A stretch of 64,000 nucleotides of DNA from a virus (IMGVR_UViG_3300022907_000007:1-64000); one strand, 5' to 3'; counted from the first letter of the stretch, positions 46,651 to 57,080 are shown. The notes: a model not told the origin generated them from the letters alone. Numbers and translations are program-made.

Positions 46651-47973
46651 ATGGCTCAAAATACTTTACAAACATTGCGCCCAAGAGCTTCAGGCATTAT
46701 GGAAGCCTTAATCCAACGGTTTAATACGCCTGAGCGTGTCATGCAAATCCCGGAAAGGCCAACACCATTAAGACCGCTAACTGAACAAGAGATTGTATTA
46801 CCTCTTAGACAGCCAGTAATGCCTAATATGAGCGCGATGGCTGATGAAGCAATGGGCCAAATGGAAGCATCTACGACTCCTGCTGATTTTCCTGCGGAGA
46901 CTCCTGAGATTCCACAACAGCCTACTGAAGAGCCGGGCATGTTTTCCAAGTTGTATGACAGCACTATGGGAGATGAGGCGTGGCGCTTACGCAAGGCTAT
47001 TGCGCTGAACTCTATGCGGCTAAATCCAGACCAAGGACTAGCATCCGCTTTGAGTAGCCGTCTAGATTCCGTTACAAAAATGGGCGTAATGAATAAAACA
47101 GCAAAAGCTGTTGCCGACAGATTAAGGTTGATGGGATACGAAAATGAGGCCGCTCTTGTTGAGGCAAACCCATCAATGGCTAAAGAAGTTTATGCCGCGA
47201 TCAAGACAAAAGATAAGCCAATGTCAACCATTGGGAAGCTCACTGACGACTTAAACAATGGAAGAATCACTCGTGAGGAATATGACATAGGTGTTGAGGC
47301 TATAAAGAAATCAGGACTCACGCTCAATTTAGGCGAAAAAGCTCGTGGGCAAGCATTGGGCGCGGCAGGAAAAGATATATTCAAAGCTGATGTTGACGCG
47401 CATGCAGGCGCTGAAAAAGCACTGCAAACAATTGCAAAAGCAGATGAAATTACTTCTGTTCTAGCATCTGGCGCACCAACGACAGGCTTGACAGCGACAT
47501 TCAGAAACGCGGTGGATAACGCACTGGCGTTTATTGGCGATAAAGACGCAATCAGGTCAGCTAGTGATACACAGTTACTGAAATCACTGTTAGGGCAAGA
47601 CGTATTTGGAGCTATTAATTCATTAGGGATTGGAGCAAAAGGTCTTGATACTCCTGCAGAACGAGAGTTCTTGATCAGCGTTATGACTGGTGATATCACC
47701 ATGACTAGTGACGCGATCAGAAAGATCACATCGATTCGCCGTAAGTATGCTGAACAAGCAATCAAGCAGTACAACTCAAAGGTTAAACGAGGCGATTACG
47801 ATTTATTAAATAAAGAATTTGGAAATCGATTCAAGCTAATTGAGATACCAGAGGCTCCAGAAATTACATATGTGGGCGCTCCGCAGGTTGGGACAATTCA
47901 AGAACTTGATGGAATAAAATGGAAATACTTAGGCGGAGATCCAAAAGAACCAAGTAGTTGGGAGGAGCAATAA
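46651..47973 (+). CDS. Internal virion protein
   Basis: 440 aa helical; C-terminal Y.GGDP...SW motif. Confidence 0.5.
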   Translation: MAQNTLQTLRPRASGIMEALIQRFNTPERVMQIPERPTPLRPLTEQEIVLPLRQPVMPNMSAMADEAMGQMEASTTPADFPAETPEIPQQPTEEPGMFSKLYDSTMGDEAWRLRKAIALNSMRLNPDQGLASALSSRLDSVTKMGVMNKTAKAVADRLRLMGYENEAALVEANPSMAKEVYAAIKTKDKPMSTIGKLTDDLNNGRITREEYDIGVEAIKKSGLTLNLGEKARGQALGAAGKDIFKADVDAHAGAEKALQTIAKADEITSVLASGAPTTGLTATFRNAVDNALAFIGDKDAIRSASDTQLLKSLLGQDVFGAINSLGIGAKGLDTPAEREFLISVMTGDITMTSDAIRKITSIRRKYAEQAIKQYNSKVKRGDYDLLNKEFGNRFKLIEIPEAPEITYVGAPQVGTIQELDGIKWKYLGGDPKEPSSWEEQ

Positions 47974-49490
47974 TGGCAGAAAGAAAGCCGTGGGAGATGG
48001 ACTACGGTACTGCATCAGCAGTTGATGTTGCAGGAGCCGCTTTTACCAATTTGCCTGAGTCAACTTATAAGTTAGGTAAGCAGACCTATGAGGCGATTAC
48101 TAGCCCATTAGAAACGGCAGATGTAATCACTAAACTGGGAGCGGGCTTATTACAACAGGCTTTGCCAGACGAGCTTGTTGACATGATAGGACGAGATCAG
48201 GAGTCAATTGATTTAGCCAAAAAAGTCGGCGAAATGTATGTGCAGAAATACGGAAGCATTGAAGGTTTCAAAAATGCTTTTGCAAATGATCCTGCAGGCA
48301 TCATCAGTGACGTAGGTTTAGTCCTAGGTATTGGTTCTGCGCCTTTCGCGGCAAAAACTGGCGCTGTCGGTAGAACAGCTAGAGCAGGGCAAGCGACATC
48401 TAAGTACACAGATCCTTTAGGAGCGACTCTTGGTCTTGCAACAGCCGGAGGTAAAGTCGCCTCTGAAGTTCTTGGAGCCACAACTGGTGTTGGCGGGACT
48501 CCAATACGAGAGGCTTTTGAAGCGGGAGCAGAAGGCGGCAAGCGAAGCGAATTGTTTGTAGAAAGCATGCGCGGGAAAAGAGACCCTGCCGCTGTGGTAG
48601 CTGATGCTATAGAGAACTTATCTCAACTAAAAAGACGCCGTAGTGAGCAGTATAGACAGTCGATGGCGCAGGGCGTGTTGAAAGACCCTACTACACTCAA
48701 TTTTGCGGGAGTTGATGCGGCACTACAAAGTGGGTTTGATCGCTTCAGTTACGGTGGCAAGGTCACAAACCAACAAGGCGCTAGTGCGGTTGGTGATGTG
48801 AAGAAACTTGTTGATGAATGGAAGGCCGGAGACCCAAGCGTATTTCACACAGTAGAAGGTTTTGATGCTCTAAAGAAGGCTATATGGGAAATCCAAGACA
48901 GCCTACCAATGGAAGCTAAAAGCGCGAGAGGTGCAATTGGCGACATTTATAACACTGTAAAGTCAGATATCGTGAAACAAGCTCCTGACTACGGAAGAGT
49001 CATGAAGGGGTATGAAGAGGCAAGTCAGCTAATACGGGAAATCGAAAAAACTTTATCTCTAAACCCTACCGCAACGATCGACACTAAATTGCGTAAGCTA
49101 CAGTCGATTATGCGGAATAACGTAAACACTAATTATGGTCAGCGGGTAAAGTTAGTCGATGAACTCGAAGGTCAGCCTAATTTATTAAAGCCTCAGTTAG
49201 CAGGTCAATCTTTAGAGCAGGCAACTCCTCGCGGCATACAAAGCGCAACACAGCCAATGGCAATTGCCTCAACAGGATTTTTCCAAGGAATCCCAGAGGC
49301 AATAGGGTTAGCAGGTGCAAGCTCTCCGAGATTGATAGGAGAAATGGCTTACAAGCTAGGTCAGGCTAGAGGATTAGGCTCAAAACTTCCTGATATTCCG
49401 CTAGTGTATTCTCCTGAATTTAGATTGGCTCTGGCTGAGACACAGCAGGCAAAAGAGCAAGCAAGCGGCAGAAAGCCTTGGGAGCGATAA
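47973..49490 (+). CDS. Internal virion protein
   Basis: GGAGG RBS before ATG 47973; RKPWE at both termini. Confidence 0.5.
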   Translation: MAERKPWEMDYGTASAVDVAGAAFTNLPESTYKLGKQTYEAITSPLETADVITKLGAGLLQQALPDELVDMIGRDQESIDLAKKVGEMYVQKYGSIEGFKNAFANDPAGIISDVGLVLGIGSAPFAAKTGAVGRTARAGQATSKYTDPLGATLGLATAGGKVASEVLGATTGVGGTPIREAFEAGAEGGKRSELFVESMRGKRDPAAVVADAIENLSQLKRRRSEQYRQSMAQGVLKDPTTLNFAGVDAALQSGFDRFSYGGKVTNQQGASAVGDVKKLVDEWKAGDPSVFHTVEGFDALKKAIWEIQDSLPMEAKSARGAIGDIYNTVKSDIVKQAPDYGRVMKGYEEASQLIREIEKTLSLNPTATIDTKLRKLQSIMRNNVNTNYGQRVKLVDELEGQPNLLKPQLAGQSLEQATPRGIQSATQPMAIASTGFFQGIPEAIGLAGASSPRLIGEMAYKLGQARGLGSKLPDIPLVYSPEFRLALAETQQAKEQASGRKPWER

Positions 49491-49491
49491 A

Positions 49492-51600
49492 ATGACTCAA
49501 ACACCTCAACCGATGAAGCCTGATCAAATCGAGTCGATCGCTAGCGAAGCCGTTAGTGACGCACTGGACTTCATCGAGTCAGAGATTTCAGAAGACCGCA
49601 TCAAGGCACAGCGTTATTTCGATGGCGAGATCGATTTAGGCCACGAGGAAGGCCGTAGCCGTGTTGTGGCTACAAAGGTGCGTGACACTATCCGCTCAGT
49701 CAAACCATCGCTGATGCGTATCTTCTTGTCGAATGAGAAGTATGTTGAGTACATTCCGCGCTCACCACAAGACGTAGGGCAGGCAGAAACTGCTACCCGG
49801 TACGTCCACTCTACATTTACTGAGAACAACGGCTACCGCATCCTTCAGAATGCATTCCACGATGCCTTGTTGAAGAAGACAGGCGTTGTGAAAGTTTACT
49901 GGGATCAGTACACAAAGGGTAAAACCTACGAGCTTACTGGGCTGACCGAGCAAGAGTACCTGATGGTCACTCAGGAAGACGATATCGAGATCATCGAGCA
50001 ATCGATGGAAACCTCGGTCTCTATGGATGAAATGGGCATGGAGATCGAAACCCCGATCTATGACGTAAAGCTCATGCGTAGGAAAGAAGGCGGGAAGCTC
50101 TGTGTTGAGCCAGTGCCGCCTGAAGAGTTCTTTGTCGATCGTGGCGCTAAATCAGTTGAAGACTTTTATGTTATCGGTCACCGCACAGAGATGCGCGTAG
50201 GTGATCTAGTCGCAATGGGCTATGACTTTGAAGAAGTCTCTGAACTGACAGGTATCTCTGAGCATGACACTCTGGCCGAGGCGGAAGACTTTGAGCGCCG
50301 TGGATACGAGCAGTCAGATGAGGAAGATATCAAAGACCCATCGATGCGTAAGGTAGCCGTCACAGAAGCATATATGCGGATGGACGTAGACGGCACTGGC
50401 GTCCCAATGATGTACAAAATCACGTTGGGCGGCGGCCAGTATAAGTTGCTCGATTATGAGCCATGCGATGACGTACCGTTCGCAATTTTTGAGGTAGACC
50501 CGGAACCACATGCATTCTTTGGCCGGTCAATGGCTGACCTGATCCTTGACGATCAGGATGCGGCAACATCGATTCTGCGTGGAGTCCTCGACAATATCGC
50601 AATGACCAACAACCCGCGCCTGTCGATGGTAGAAGGTCAGGTCAACATCGATGATCTGCTCAACAACGAAATCGGCGGTATCGTCCGCGTTAAAGATCCA
50701 AGCGCCATACAGCAACTTGGAGTGCCATTCGCCGCAGGTCAGACGCTAGCGGCTCTGGAATACTACAATCAGGTTGTCGAGCAAAAGACTGGCGTTTCTC
50801 GTGCATCGAACGGGCTAGACCCAGACGCACTGCAGAATACCACTGCAACTGCTGTGGCGATGACAGCGCAGGCCCAGGCAGGGCAGATCGAGGTAATCGC
50901 TCGGAACCTTGCAGAAGGCGGCATGACGCAGTTATTCAAGCTCATGCTCAAATTGCTTGCTGAGAACTCTCCAGACGAGACGCTGATGAAGATAGCAGGT
51001 GACCAGTTCGCGCCGATCGATCCGCGCTCGTGGAATGTCGAGATGGGCGTATCAGTCAACGTAGGCTTAGGAACTGGCAAGGAAGATCAGCAGGCCGCTG
51101 TTCTACAGGCCACACTGCAAACACAGATGAACATATGGCAGACCTATGGCCCGATGAACGGCTTGGTGTCTATGGTCACAATTCGCAACACACTTGCAGA
51201 TATCCTCGCACTAGGCGGTGTTCGTAACTCTGACAGGTACTACCTGCCAATGAACCCACAGCAGGAGCAGATGCTGATTCAACAGCAACAGCAGATGCAG
51301 GCGCAACAGCAAGCAGGTCAGCAAGATCAGCAGGCTCAGGCACTGGTGCAGGCAGAAACAATCCGGGCGCAGGCCAAGGCTCAGTCTGACATGGCGAAGA
51401 TCCAGTTGGACGCACAGAAGGCTCTGGCATCAGATGACAGAGAGCGCGACAAGATGGATCAGGATCTATTGATCAAGGCGGCAGAGGTGATCGGAAAGTA
51501 CGGCACAGCGGTAGACGTAGAGCGCATCAAGGCAATGCAAGCAGAGCCACGATTTGCGGATACATCACCACAGCAGGCTGTGACGCAGGCTAGATATTAA
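49492..51600 (+). CDS. Portal protein
   Basis: 702 aa; DALL.K.G.VKVYW, VPPEEF, PH.FFGRS, TATA; Gln-rich C-terminus. Confidence 0.85.
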   Translation: MTQTPQPMKPDQIESIASEAVSDALDFIESEISEDRIKAQRYFDGEIDLGHEEGRSRVVATKVRDTIRSVKPSLMRIFLSNEKYVEYIPRSPQDVGQAETATRYVHSTFTENNGYRILQNAFHDALLKKTGVVKVYWDQYTKGKTYELTGLTEQEYLMVTQEDDIEIIEQSMETSVSMDEMGMEIETPIYDVKLMRRKEGGKLCVEPVPPEEFFVDRGAKSVEDFYVIGHRTEMRVGDLVAMGYDFEEVSELTGISEHDTLAEAEDFERRGYEQSDEEDIKDPSMRKVAVTEAYMRMDVDGTGVPMMYKITLGGGQYKLLDYEPCDDVPFAIFEVDPEPHAFFGRSMADLILDDQDAATSILRGVLDNIAMTNNPRLSMVEGQVNIDDLLNNEIGGIVRVKDPSAIQQLGVPFAAGQTLAALEYYNQVVEQKTGVSRASNGLDPDALQNTTATAVAMTAQAQAGQIEVIARNLAEGGMTQLFKLMLKLLAENSPDETLMKIAGDQFAPIDPRSWNVEMGVSVNVGLGTGKEDQQAAVLQATLQTQMNIWQTYGPMNGLVSMVTIRNTLADILALGGVRNSDRYYLPMNPQQEQMLIQQQQQMQAQQQAGQQDQQAQALVQAETIRAQAKAQSDMAKIQLDAQKALASDDRERDKMDQDLLIKAAEVIGKYGTAVDVERIKAMQAEPRFADTSPQQAVTQARY

Positions 51601-51833
51601 TGTCAAACATTAAGGATAAGGCTACCAAGATCCGCATGCTGATGAAGGATGAAACCTTCAAAGAAGTGATGCAAGGCGTGAGAACGGCGCAGGTTGGTGT
51701 ATTTTTATCCAGTAGTGCTACAATCGAGTCTGTTGAAGAAGCGCATCAAATTGTTGTTGCGCTTGATAAAATTGAGGCGTACATGCAAACCGTATTAGAT
51801 GACGAGGCAGTGTACGACAAGAAACATTCATAA
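51600..51833 (+). CDS. Hypothetical head-module protein
   Basis: Coupled to portal stop. Confidence 0.55.
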   Translation: MSNIKDKATKIRMLMKDETFKEVMQGVRTAQVGVFLSSSATIESVEEAHQIVVALDKIEAYMQTVLDDEAVYDKKHS

Positions 51834-51851
51834 CACTGGAGACACTGTACC

Positions 51852-52859
51852 GTGGAAACGACAGAATCTGGTAATACTGCACTGAGTTTAGACTCAGCGG
51901 CAGATTTGCTAATACAGGATCAGCAACCTGAGCAAGCTGAAGAGGTAGCAGAAGTTGAGGAGGAGCAACCCGTAGAGGACTCTTTCGATGAAGCGGATGA
52001 CTCGGAGGATGCTGAGGTTGAGGAAGTCGATGCCGATGAAGTCGAGGAGATCGATGACGAGGCAGAAGACGAGGAGTACGAAGACACAGAGGAAGACGAT
52101 GAGGAATCTGACCCTGCGCTAGAAAGCTATACCGTAAAGGTAGACGGCCAAGAAAAGCAGGTAACTCTAGAAGAACTCAAGCGTGGTTACTCAGGTCAGC
52201 AGTACGTCCAAAAGGGCATGCAGGAAGCGGCTGAGGCTCGGAAACAAGCTGAAGGCGTCTATGAAGCCCTGATGCAAGAAAGACAAAATCTTGCACAATT
52301 GGTACAGATGGCACAGGCAGGTGATCTTGCCCCGCCAAAAGAACCTAGCAAAGAGTTGTTTGACGCAGATCCGATTGGCTATATGGAAGCCAAGATGAAC
52401 TACGATGAACAGATGAAGGCATACGGCGAGAAGCAACAGGCATTGCATCAGCAACTGCAAGCGCAGTCTGAGGCAGAGCAAAGAGCAAGATCGGTGTATG
52501 CACAACAGGAAGCTCAAAAGCTAGTAGAACTCGTCCCTGAGTTACGAGACGCCGGTAAGGCATCGCAGTTCAAGGATAAGGTAGTGAAAGCGGCGACAGA
52601 GGTCTACGGCTATACGCCAGACGAGATCGCTAACATCCAAAGTCACAGAGACTTTATGGTTCTCAGGGACGCGATGCTCTACCGCGAGATGATGGCAGGC
52701 AAGGAAAATGTTCAGAAGAAGGCCAAAAAGGCCAGACCGATGATCAAGCCCGGAGCCAAAAAAGTCAGTACCAATAATGACGTAGTCCGCAAAAAGCGGG
52801 CAACACTGAAGAAGACAGGTAGCATCAACGATGCCTTGTCACTGATTTTAGATAACTAA
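51852..52859 (+). CDS. Capsid scaffolding protein
   Basis: Very acidic N-terminus; YTVKVDGQEKQVTLEELKRGY. Confidence 0.8.
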   Translation: METTESGNTALSLDSAADLLIQDQQPEQAEEVAEVEEEQPVEDSFDEADDSEDAEVEEVDADEVEEIDDEAEDEEYEDTEEDDEESDPALESYTVKVDGQEKQVTLEELKRGYSGQQYVQKGMQEAAEARKQAEGVYEALMQERQNLAQLVQMAQAGDLAPPKEPSKELFDADPIGYMEAKMNYDEQMKAYGEKQQALHQQLQAQSEAEQRARSVYAQQEAQKLVELVPELRDAGKASQFKDKVVKAATEVYGYTPDEIANIQSHRDFMVLRDAMLYREMMAGKENVQKKAKKARPMIKPGAKKVSTNNDVVRKKRATLKKTGSINDALSLILDN

Positions 52860-52887
52860 GCTAAGTTCTTGATTTAGGAGAAGAATC

Positions 52888-53862
52888 ATGGCGCAACCAT
52901 CGAACACGTTCGACTCATATGACGCGGTCGGCATACGGGAAGACCTAGAAGACATCATCTATGATGTGTCTCCAGAGGAAACTCCATTCTATTCAGCCTG
53001 CGCGAAAGTAAAGGCAACTAACACGTTCCACGAGTGGCAGACAGACGCATTGCGTTCATCTGCGGCAAACGCTCACGTTGAAGGTGATGACACAACTGCT
53101 GAAGCTCGCACAGCGACTTCACGTTTGGGCAACTACACTCAGATCTTCAAGAACGCAGTATCTGTTCCTGACACTGACGATGGCCTGAACAAAGCAGGAC
53201 GCGCAAAGGAAATTGCCTATGCCACGCTCCGCATGGCTAAAGAGCAAAAGCTCGACATTGAAAAGGCATTGTTCGACAACAACGCTCGTGTAGCAGGTAG
53301 CTCTTCAGTTGCCCGTGAATTGGCGGGCGCTCCTGCGTGGATGATCACTAACACTGACTTTGTTACTGGCGGCGCGACTGACGGTGCAGATCCTACTGGT
53401 GACGGTACTGACGCTCGTACAGATGCTGTTGGCTCGTTAACAGCGTTCAGCCAAACTAAGTTTGACGGTGTTATGCAGTCAATCTGGGAGCAGGGTGGTA
53501 ACCCAGACGTTGTTTACTTGTCAGCGTTCCAGATGAACAAAGCTCTGGGCTTCACTGGCATGAACAATCAGCGTTCAACTATCGGCGCTTCTGTTGGTGG
53601 TACTAACGCGGTAATCAACGCAGTAGATGTCTACGTTACTCCTTGGGGTACTGTAGAGTTCATTCCTACTCGTGAAAACCGTTCGCGTGACGTATTCATC
53701 ATGCAGAACGACATGTGGGCTGTTGGCGTATTGCGTCCAACTAAGAACACACAGTTGGCTAAGACTGGCGACTCAACTCGCCGTCAGGTCATCACTGAAC
53801 TCACTCTTGTTTGTAAGAACGAGAAGGCTTCAGGGATCATCGCTGACAACACAACTTCTTAA
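52888..53862 (+). CDS. Major capsid protein (DUF5309/SU10-like)
   Basis: GIREDLEDIIY..SP.ETPF, HEWQTD, NYTQIF, LAKTGD. Confidence 0.85.
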   Translation: MAQPSNTFDSYDAVGIREDLEDIIYDVSPEETPFYSACAKVKATNTFHEWQTDALRSSAANAHVEGDDTTAEARTATSRLGNYTQIFKNAVSVPDTDDGLNKAGRAKEIAYATLRMAKEQKLDIEKALFDNNARVAGSSSVARELAGAPAWMITNTDFVTGGATDGADPTGDGTDARTDAVGSLTAFSQTKFDGVMQSIWEQGGNPDVVYLSAFQMNKALGFTGMNNQRSTIGASVGGTNAVINAVDVYVTPWGTVEFIPTRENRSRDVFIMQNDMWAVGVLRPTKNTQLAKTGDSTRRQVITELTLVCKNEKASGIIADNTTS

Positions 53863-53876
53863 TGAAGTGACCAAGG

Positions 53877-53896
53877 AAGGGGCTACGGCCCCTTTC
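53877..53896 (+). terminator. Terminator after MCP
   Basis: AAGGGGC-TACG-GCCCCTTT; same hairpin at 61436. Confidence 0.7.
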
Positions 53897-53914
53897 TGCT
53901 TTGGGAGATAGACA

Positions 53915-54097
53915 ATGGCTAAATATAAAGTCGTAGTTGGAACACTATTTTTGGCAGGTCAGAAGTACCGCCGTGGCGACATCGTTGAATGCGCTAACCC
54001 AGAATTGCATGGAACCCGACTGGAGCCAGTCGTGGAGCCAAAGGTAGAAGAGAAGCCAAAACCTGCTCGTAAGCCACGGGCTAAGAAGGCGGAATGA
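53915..54097 (+). CDS. Small basic-tailed hypothetical protein
   Basis: GGGAG RBS. Confidence 0.55.
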   Translation: MAKYKVVVGTLFLAGQKYRRGDIVECANPELHGTRLEPVVEPKVEEKPKPARKPRAKKAE

Positions 54098-54384
54098 AAC
54101 TAGGCGAGAAGATTCTGTATGACCACACAAACGACAAAGTGGTAATCCAGAAGACTCATGACGTTACCCCTGAGATGCATCGCGCACAGATGTTGCGTGA
54201 GGCAGGTGCAGGCCAGAATGGTGAGCATCGGCTCGTAGGAACAATTCCACTGAACCTTATTGCAGAGTGGTGCAAAGAGGCAGGCGTAAAGTGGAATGAC
54301 ACTCAAGCCCGGCAGGAAGTTGTAAAGCGCAAGATCCTGTCTGGAGACTTTGACAAGTTCAGGGTTTGGAAGGGAACGTATTGA
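54094..54384 (+). CDS. Conserved hypothetical phage protein
   Basis: ATGA coupling; VGTIP....EW.KE.G...FRV. Confidence 0.6.
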   Translation: MKLGEKILYDHTNDKVVIQKTHDVTPEMHRAQMLREAGAGQNGEHRLVGTIPLNLIAEWCKEAGVKWNDTQARQEVVKRKILSGDFDKFRVWKGTY

Positions 54385-54580
54385 GGTGGATAGGCGGACT
54401 GCGGCTTCTGCTCATAAGCGAATTGATGATCTGGAGAAACAACTCGTGAAACATGAGGCTGTATCTACAGAGCGTTGGACAGAAACAATATTACGAATCA
54501 AGAGGATTGAGGCGATCATGATCGGGACAGCGGGTGCTACCATCATGCTCCTGATCACCCTGTTAACCAAAACGGGATAG
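54350..54580 (+). CDS. Small coiled-coil protein with C-terminal TM
   Basis: AHKRID...HEAV..ERW; true start probably further downstream. Confidence 0.5.
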   Translation: MTSSGFGRERIEVDRRTAASAHKRIDDLEKQLVKHEAVSTERWTETILRIKRIEAIMIGTAGATIMLLITLLTKTG

Positions 54581-54586
54581 AGAGCC

Positions 54587-55036
54587 ATGATATTTGAGGC
54601 CATAGCCGCTATTAAGATTGCCAACGAGGCGATCGGCGCGATCAAGGAATTTGCGGGCCACGTTTCTTCTGTAGGAGAGATGGGCAAAGATTTAACGAAA
54701 TTGGCAGACGCCAAGGACGATATCGAGAAGGCGGCTAAGGACGGCGACATGGAAGCGTTCTGGGCTTTAGAAGATATCAAGCGGCACGAGGCTGAGGTAA
54801 AGCAACAGTTCATCTACGCGGGACGCGCAGGGCTGTGGGACGATTACTGTAAGTTCATAGCAAACCGCAAGCAACTGCGTGAGAACGAGCGGAAACGTGC
54901 AGAAGCTAAAAAACTGGCTCGTAAAAAAGCCATACAGAATGGATTCCTGTATGTGGCTATTGGCATTGCTGTCCTCGGTGCTGTGGGCGGGGCCGTGGCC
55001 TTACTACTGTGGCTTATTAGCCTTAAAGGTACTTAG
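54587..55036 (+). CDS. Coiled-coil plus TM protein (homologue of 1757..2197)
   Basis: Shared GRAGLW.D motif and layout. Confidence 0.6.
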   Translation: MIFEAIAAIKIANEAIGAIKEFAGHVSSVGEMGKDLTKLADAKDDIEKAAKDGDMEAFWALEDIKRHEAEVKQQFIYAGRAGLWDDYCKFIANRKQLRENERKRAEAKKLARKKAIQNGFLYVAIGIAVLGAVGGAVALLLWLISLKGT

Positions 55037-55038
55037 AG

Positions 55039-55290
55039 ATGGCTATCGTATACCGTGGTGAAAAATTCAGCGGCTACAACAAGCCGAAGAGAACGCCGGG
55101 AGCATCCAAGAAGTTTGCGGTGCTAGCCAAAGAAGGCGAGACGATCCGACTCATCCGATTCGGTGATCCTAATATGACGATCAAGAAATCAAACCCAGAA
55201 CGCAGAAAATCTTTCAGAGCGCGGCATCGCTGTGACAGCAGTCCGCCGTCAAAACTAACGGCCAGATACTGGTCATGCAAGAAGTGGTGA
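55039..55290 (+). CDS. Conserved basic phage protein (homologue of 3393..3683)
   Basis: SGYNKPKRTP, IRFG, RKSFRARH, RYW. Confidence 0.7.
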   Translation: MAIVYRGEKFSGYNKPKRTPGASKKFAVLAKEGETIRLIRFGDPNMTIKKSNPERRKSFRARHRCDSSPPSKLTARYWSCKKW

Positions 55291-55295
55291 AAACT

Positions 55296-55430
55296 ATGGC
55301 TAAGAAAGCATATGGCAAGAAGATGTCACAGAACAGCAAGGCGCAGAAGGGGTTCACGCCATGCAGTCGTTGCCCCAACCCTAGCTCCTGTAAGAAAGCA
55401 GGAATGTGTCTCGCACAGGCAATGTCATGA
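55296..55430 (+). CDS. Small basic 4-Cys protein (44 aa, not in ORF track)
   Basis: F.PCSRCPNPSSCKKAGMC matches C-terminus of 3196..3393. Confidence 0.6.
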   Translation: MAKKAYGKKMSQNSKAQKGFTPCSRCPNPSSCKKAGMCLAQAMS

Positions 55431-55588
55431 GCCTGTACGCGAACATCCACAAGAAACGGAAACGTATCAAGGCAGGCTCGAAAGAGACGATGCGGAAGCC
55501 GGGGACTAAAGGCGCTCCAACTGATGCGGCATTTGCTAAGGCAAAAAAGACTGCTAAGAAGCCAAAGAAAAGGACTAAGAAGTCATGA
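55427..55588 (+). CDS. Small Lys-rich protein
   Basis: SLYANIHKKRKRIKAGS.E.MRKPG.KGAPT; ATGA coupling. Confidence 0.6.
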   Translation: MSLYANIHKKRKRIKAGSKETMRKPGTKGAPTDAAFAKAKKTAKKPKKRTKKS

Positions 55589-55902
55589 CATTTGATCAAG
55601 TTGACCAGAATGGCGATGGTTTCATCGATCAGGCTGAATGGGAACGCATGAAGCTAGATGCAGAACGTGAGCGTCTAGCTGACGAGAACAATGACAGAGA
55701 TGCTAAAAGAAAGATGTGTTATTTCTGCTTGGCGGGGATGTTGATGTATCCGGCGGCAGTGGTAATCACTGAGATGCTTAAACTCCCTACGGCAAGCCAA
55801 TTATTATCATCAATGGCTAACATCTACTACCCTTCTGTTAGTTTGGTGGTAGGTAGTTACTTTGGCTTCAGCGCAATGTCTGGCAAGGATAAGGCAAAGT
55901 AA
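55585..55902 (+). CDS. EF-hand-containing two-TM membrane protein
   Basis: DQNGDGFIDQAE canonical EF-hand loop; two hydrophobic segments. Confidence 0.55.
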   Translation: MTFDQVDQNGDGFIDQAEWERMKLDAERERLADENNDRDAKRKMCYFCLAGMLMYPAAVVITEMLKLPTASQLLSSMANIYYPSVSLVVGSYFGFSAMSGKDKAK

Positions 55903-56022
55903 TGAAAACCTGTCTGTACTCCTACACTAAGGGAATGTACGAGACAGAGTGCGGATTAAAAGCATTGTTGCGCCCACATCATCGGTGCGATAAATGCGGT
56001 AGGAAAGCAGAAGAGGTGCGCT

Positions 56023-56169
56023 ATGCCACTGACAGCGAAAGGCAAGAAGATCATGAAAGAGATGATCGATCAGTACGGTAGGGACAAGGGTGAGTCCATG
56101 TTCTACGCGATGGAACGCTCAGGCAAACTGAAGGGCGTGGCAGGCAAAAGGAAGAAACGCAATGCTTAA
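56023..56169 (+). CDS. Small basic protein (48 aa, not in ORF track)
   Basis: MPLTAKGKKIMKEM..QYG..KGE..FYA; GAGG RBS. Confidence 0.55.
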   Translation: MPLTAKGKKIMKEMIDQYGRDKGESMFYAMERSGKLKGVAGKRKKRNA

Positions 56170-56539
56170 CATGTTACTCGGCCCGGCTCTTGAGCTAGGC
56201 AAGGACTTTCTGAAAGGGAAGGCGGAAGAAAAGAAAGCAATCCAACAGCGGAAGATCAACCAGATCAACAGTGACGCTGACTGGGAAGCTAAGATGGCTG
56301 ACGCCACTAAATCATCATGGAAAGATGAGTGGTTTTCCTTGATTCTAAGTGCGCCTTTGATTGCCGTGGCATATAGCGTGGCAATGGATGACACCGCTAT
56401 CATTACAAGGATGGATGAGGCTTTCACTGCGCTCAACTCACTGCCTGAATGGTATCAGTACCTGCTTTTTATAGCGGTCAGCGCGTCATTTGGTGTTAAG
56501 GGTGCGGACAAGATTATGAGCATGCGGGGTAAAAAATGA
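56162..56539 (+). CDS. Holin-like membrane protein
   Basis: SWKDEW motif; homologue of 2384..2749; adjacent to lysin. Confidence 0.55.
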   Translation: MLNMLLGPALELGKDFLKGKAEEKKAIQQRKINQINSDADWEAKMADATKSSWKDEWFSLILSAPLIAVAYSVAMDDTAIITRMDEAFTALNSLPEWYQYLLFIAVSASFGVKGADKIMSMRGKK

Positions 56540-57054
56540 TCGAGAATTATCAGCAATGTCTAGAAATGCTGTTGCATCATGAAGGCGGCTTTGTAAACCA
56601 TCCTGCCGATCCCGGCGGAATGACTAACCTTGGAGTGACCAAGAAGGTCTACGAAGATTATCTGGGCCGAGAGGTCACAGAGGATGAGATGCGAGCTTTG
56701 ACGCCAGAGGATGTCGCGCCACTGTACAAGCGTAATTATTGGGACAGGGTGAAAGGTGATGATTTGCCGTCTGGTCTTGATTGGGCTGTTTTTGATTGGG
56801 CTGTTAATAGTGGGACTGGCCGGAGTGCAAAAGCTCTCCAAACGTGTATCGGAACTACAGCAGATGGAGCGATCGGCCCTAACACACTGAAGAAACTTGC
56901 TGAGTTTGATCCTAAAGAGATCGTTATGCAGATGTTTGAGGCGCGTCAGGCGTTCTACGAGAGCCTGTCTACCTTTGACACGTTCGGCAAGGGATGGACA
57001 CGCAGGAACAGCGAGACACTCGATCAAGCAATCGCAATGTTAGAAAACAAATAA
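56536..57054 (+). CDS. GH108 lysozyme with peptidoglycan-binding domain
   Basis: HEGGFVNHPADPGGMTNLGVT; DGAIGPNT; FGKGWTRR. Confidence 0.9.
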   Translation: MIENYQQCLEMLLHHEGGFVNHPADPGGMTNLGVTKKVYEDYLGREVTEDEMRALTPEDVAPLYKRNYWDRVKGDDLPSGLDWAVFDWAVNSGTGRSAKALQTCIGTTADGAIGPNTLKKLAEFDPKEIVMQMFEARQAFYESLSTFDTFGKGWTRRNSETLDQAIAMLENK

Positions 57055-57080
57055 TGTTGCACAGATAAACATAATATGTT
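57046..57080. promoter_or_regulatory. Two tandem AACA-N5-TGTT operators over the sak promoter
   Basis: AACAAATAATGTT (57046-57058) and AACATAATATGTT (57068-57080). Confidence 0.6.

Noticed and set aside
47190-47774. 194-aa minus-strand ORF and similar shadow ORFs (e.g. 26873..27358, 56560..57027, 18684..19181)
   Set aside because: Fully overlap well-supported genes and lack RBS or recognisable motifs
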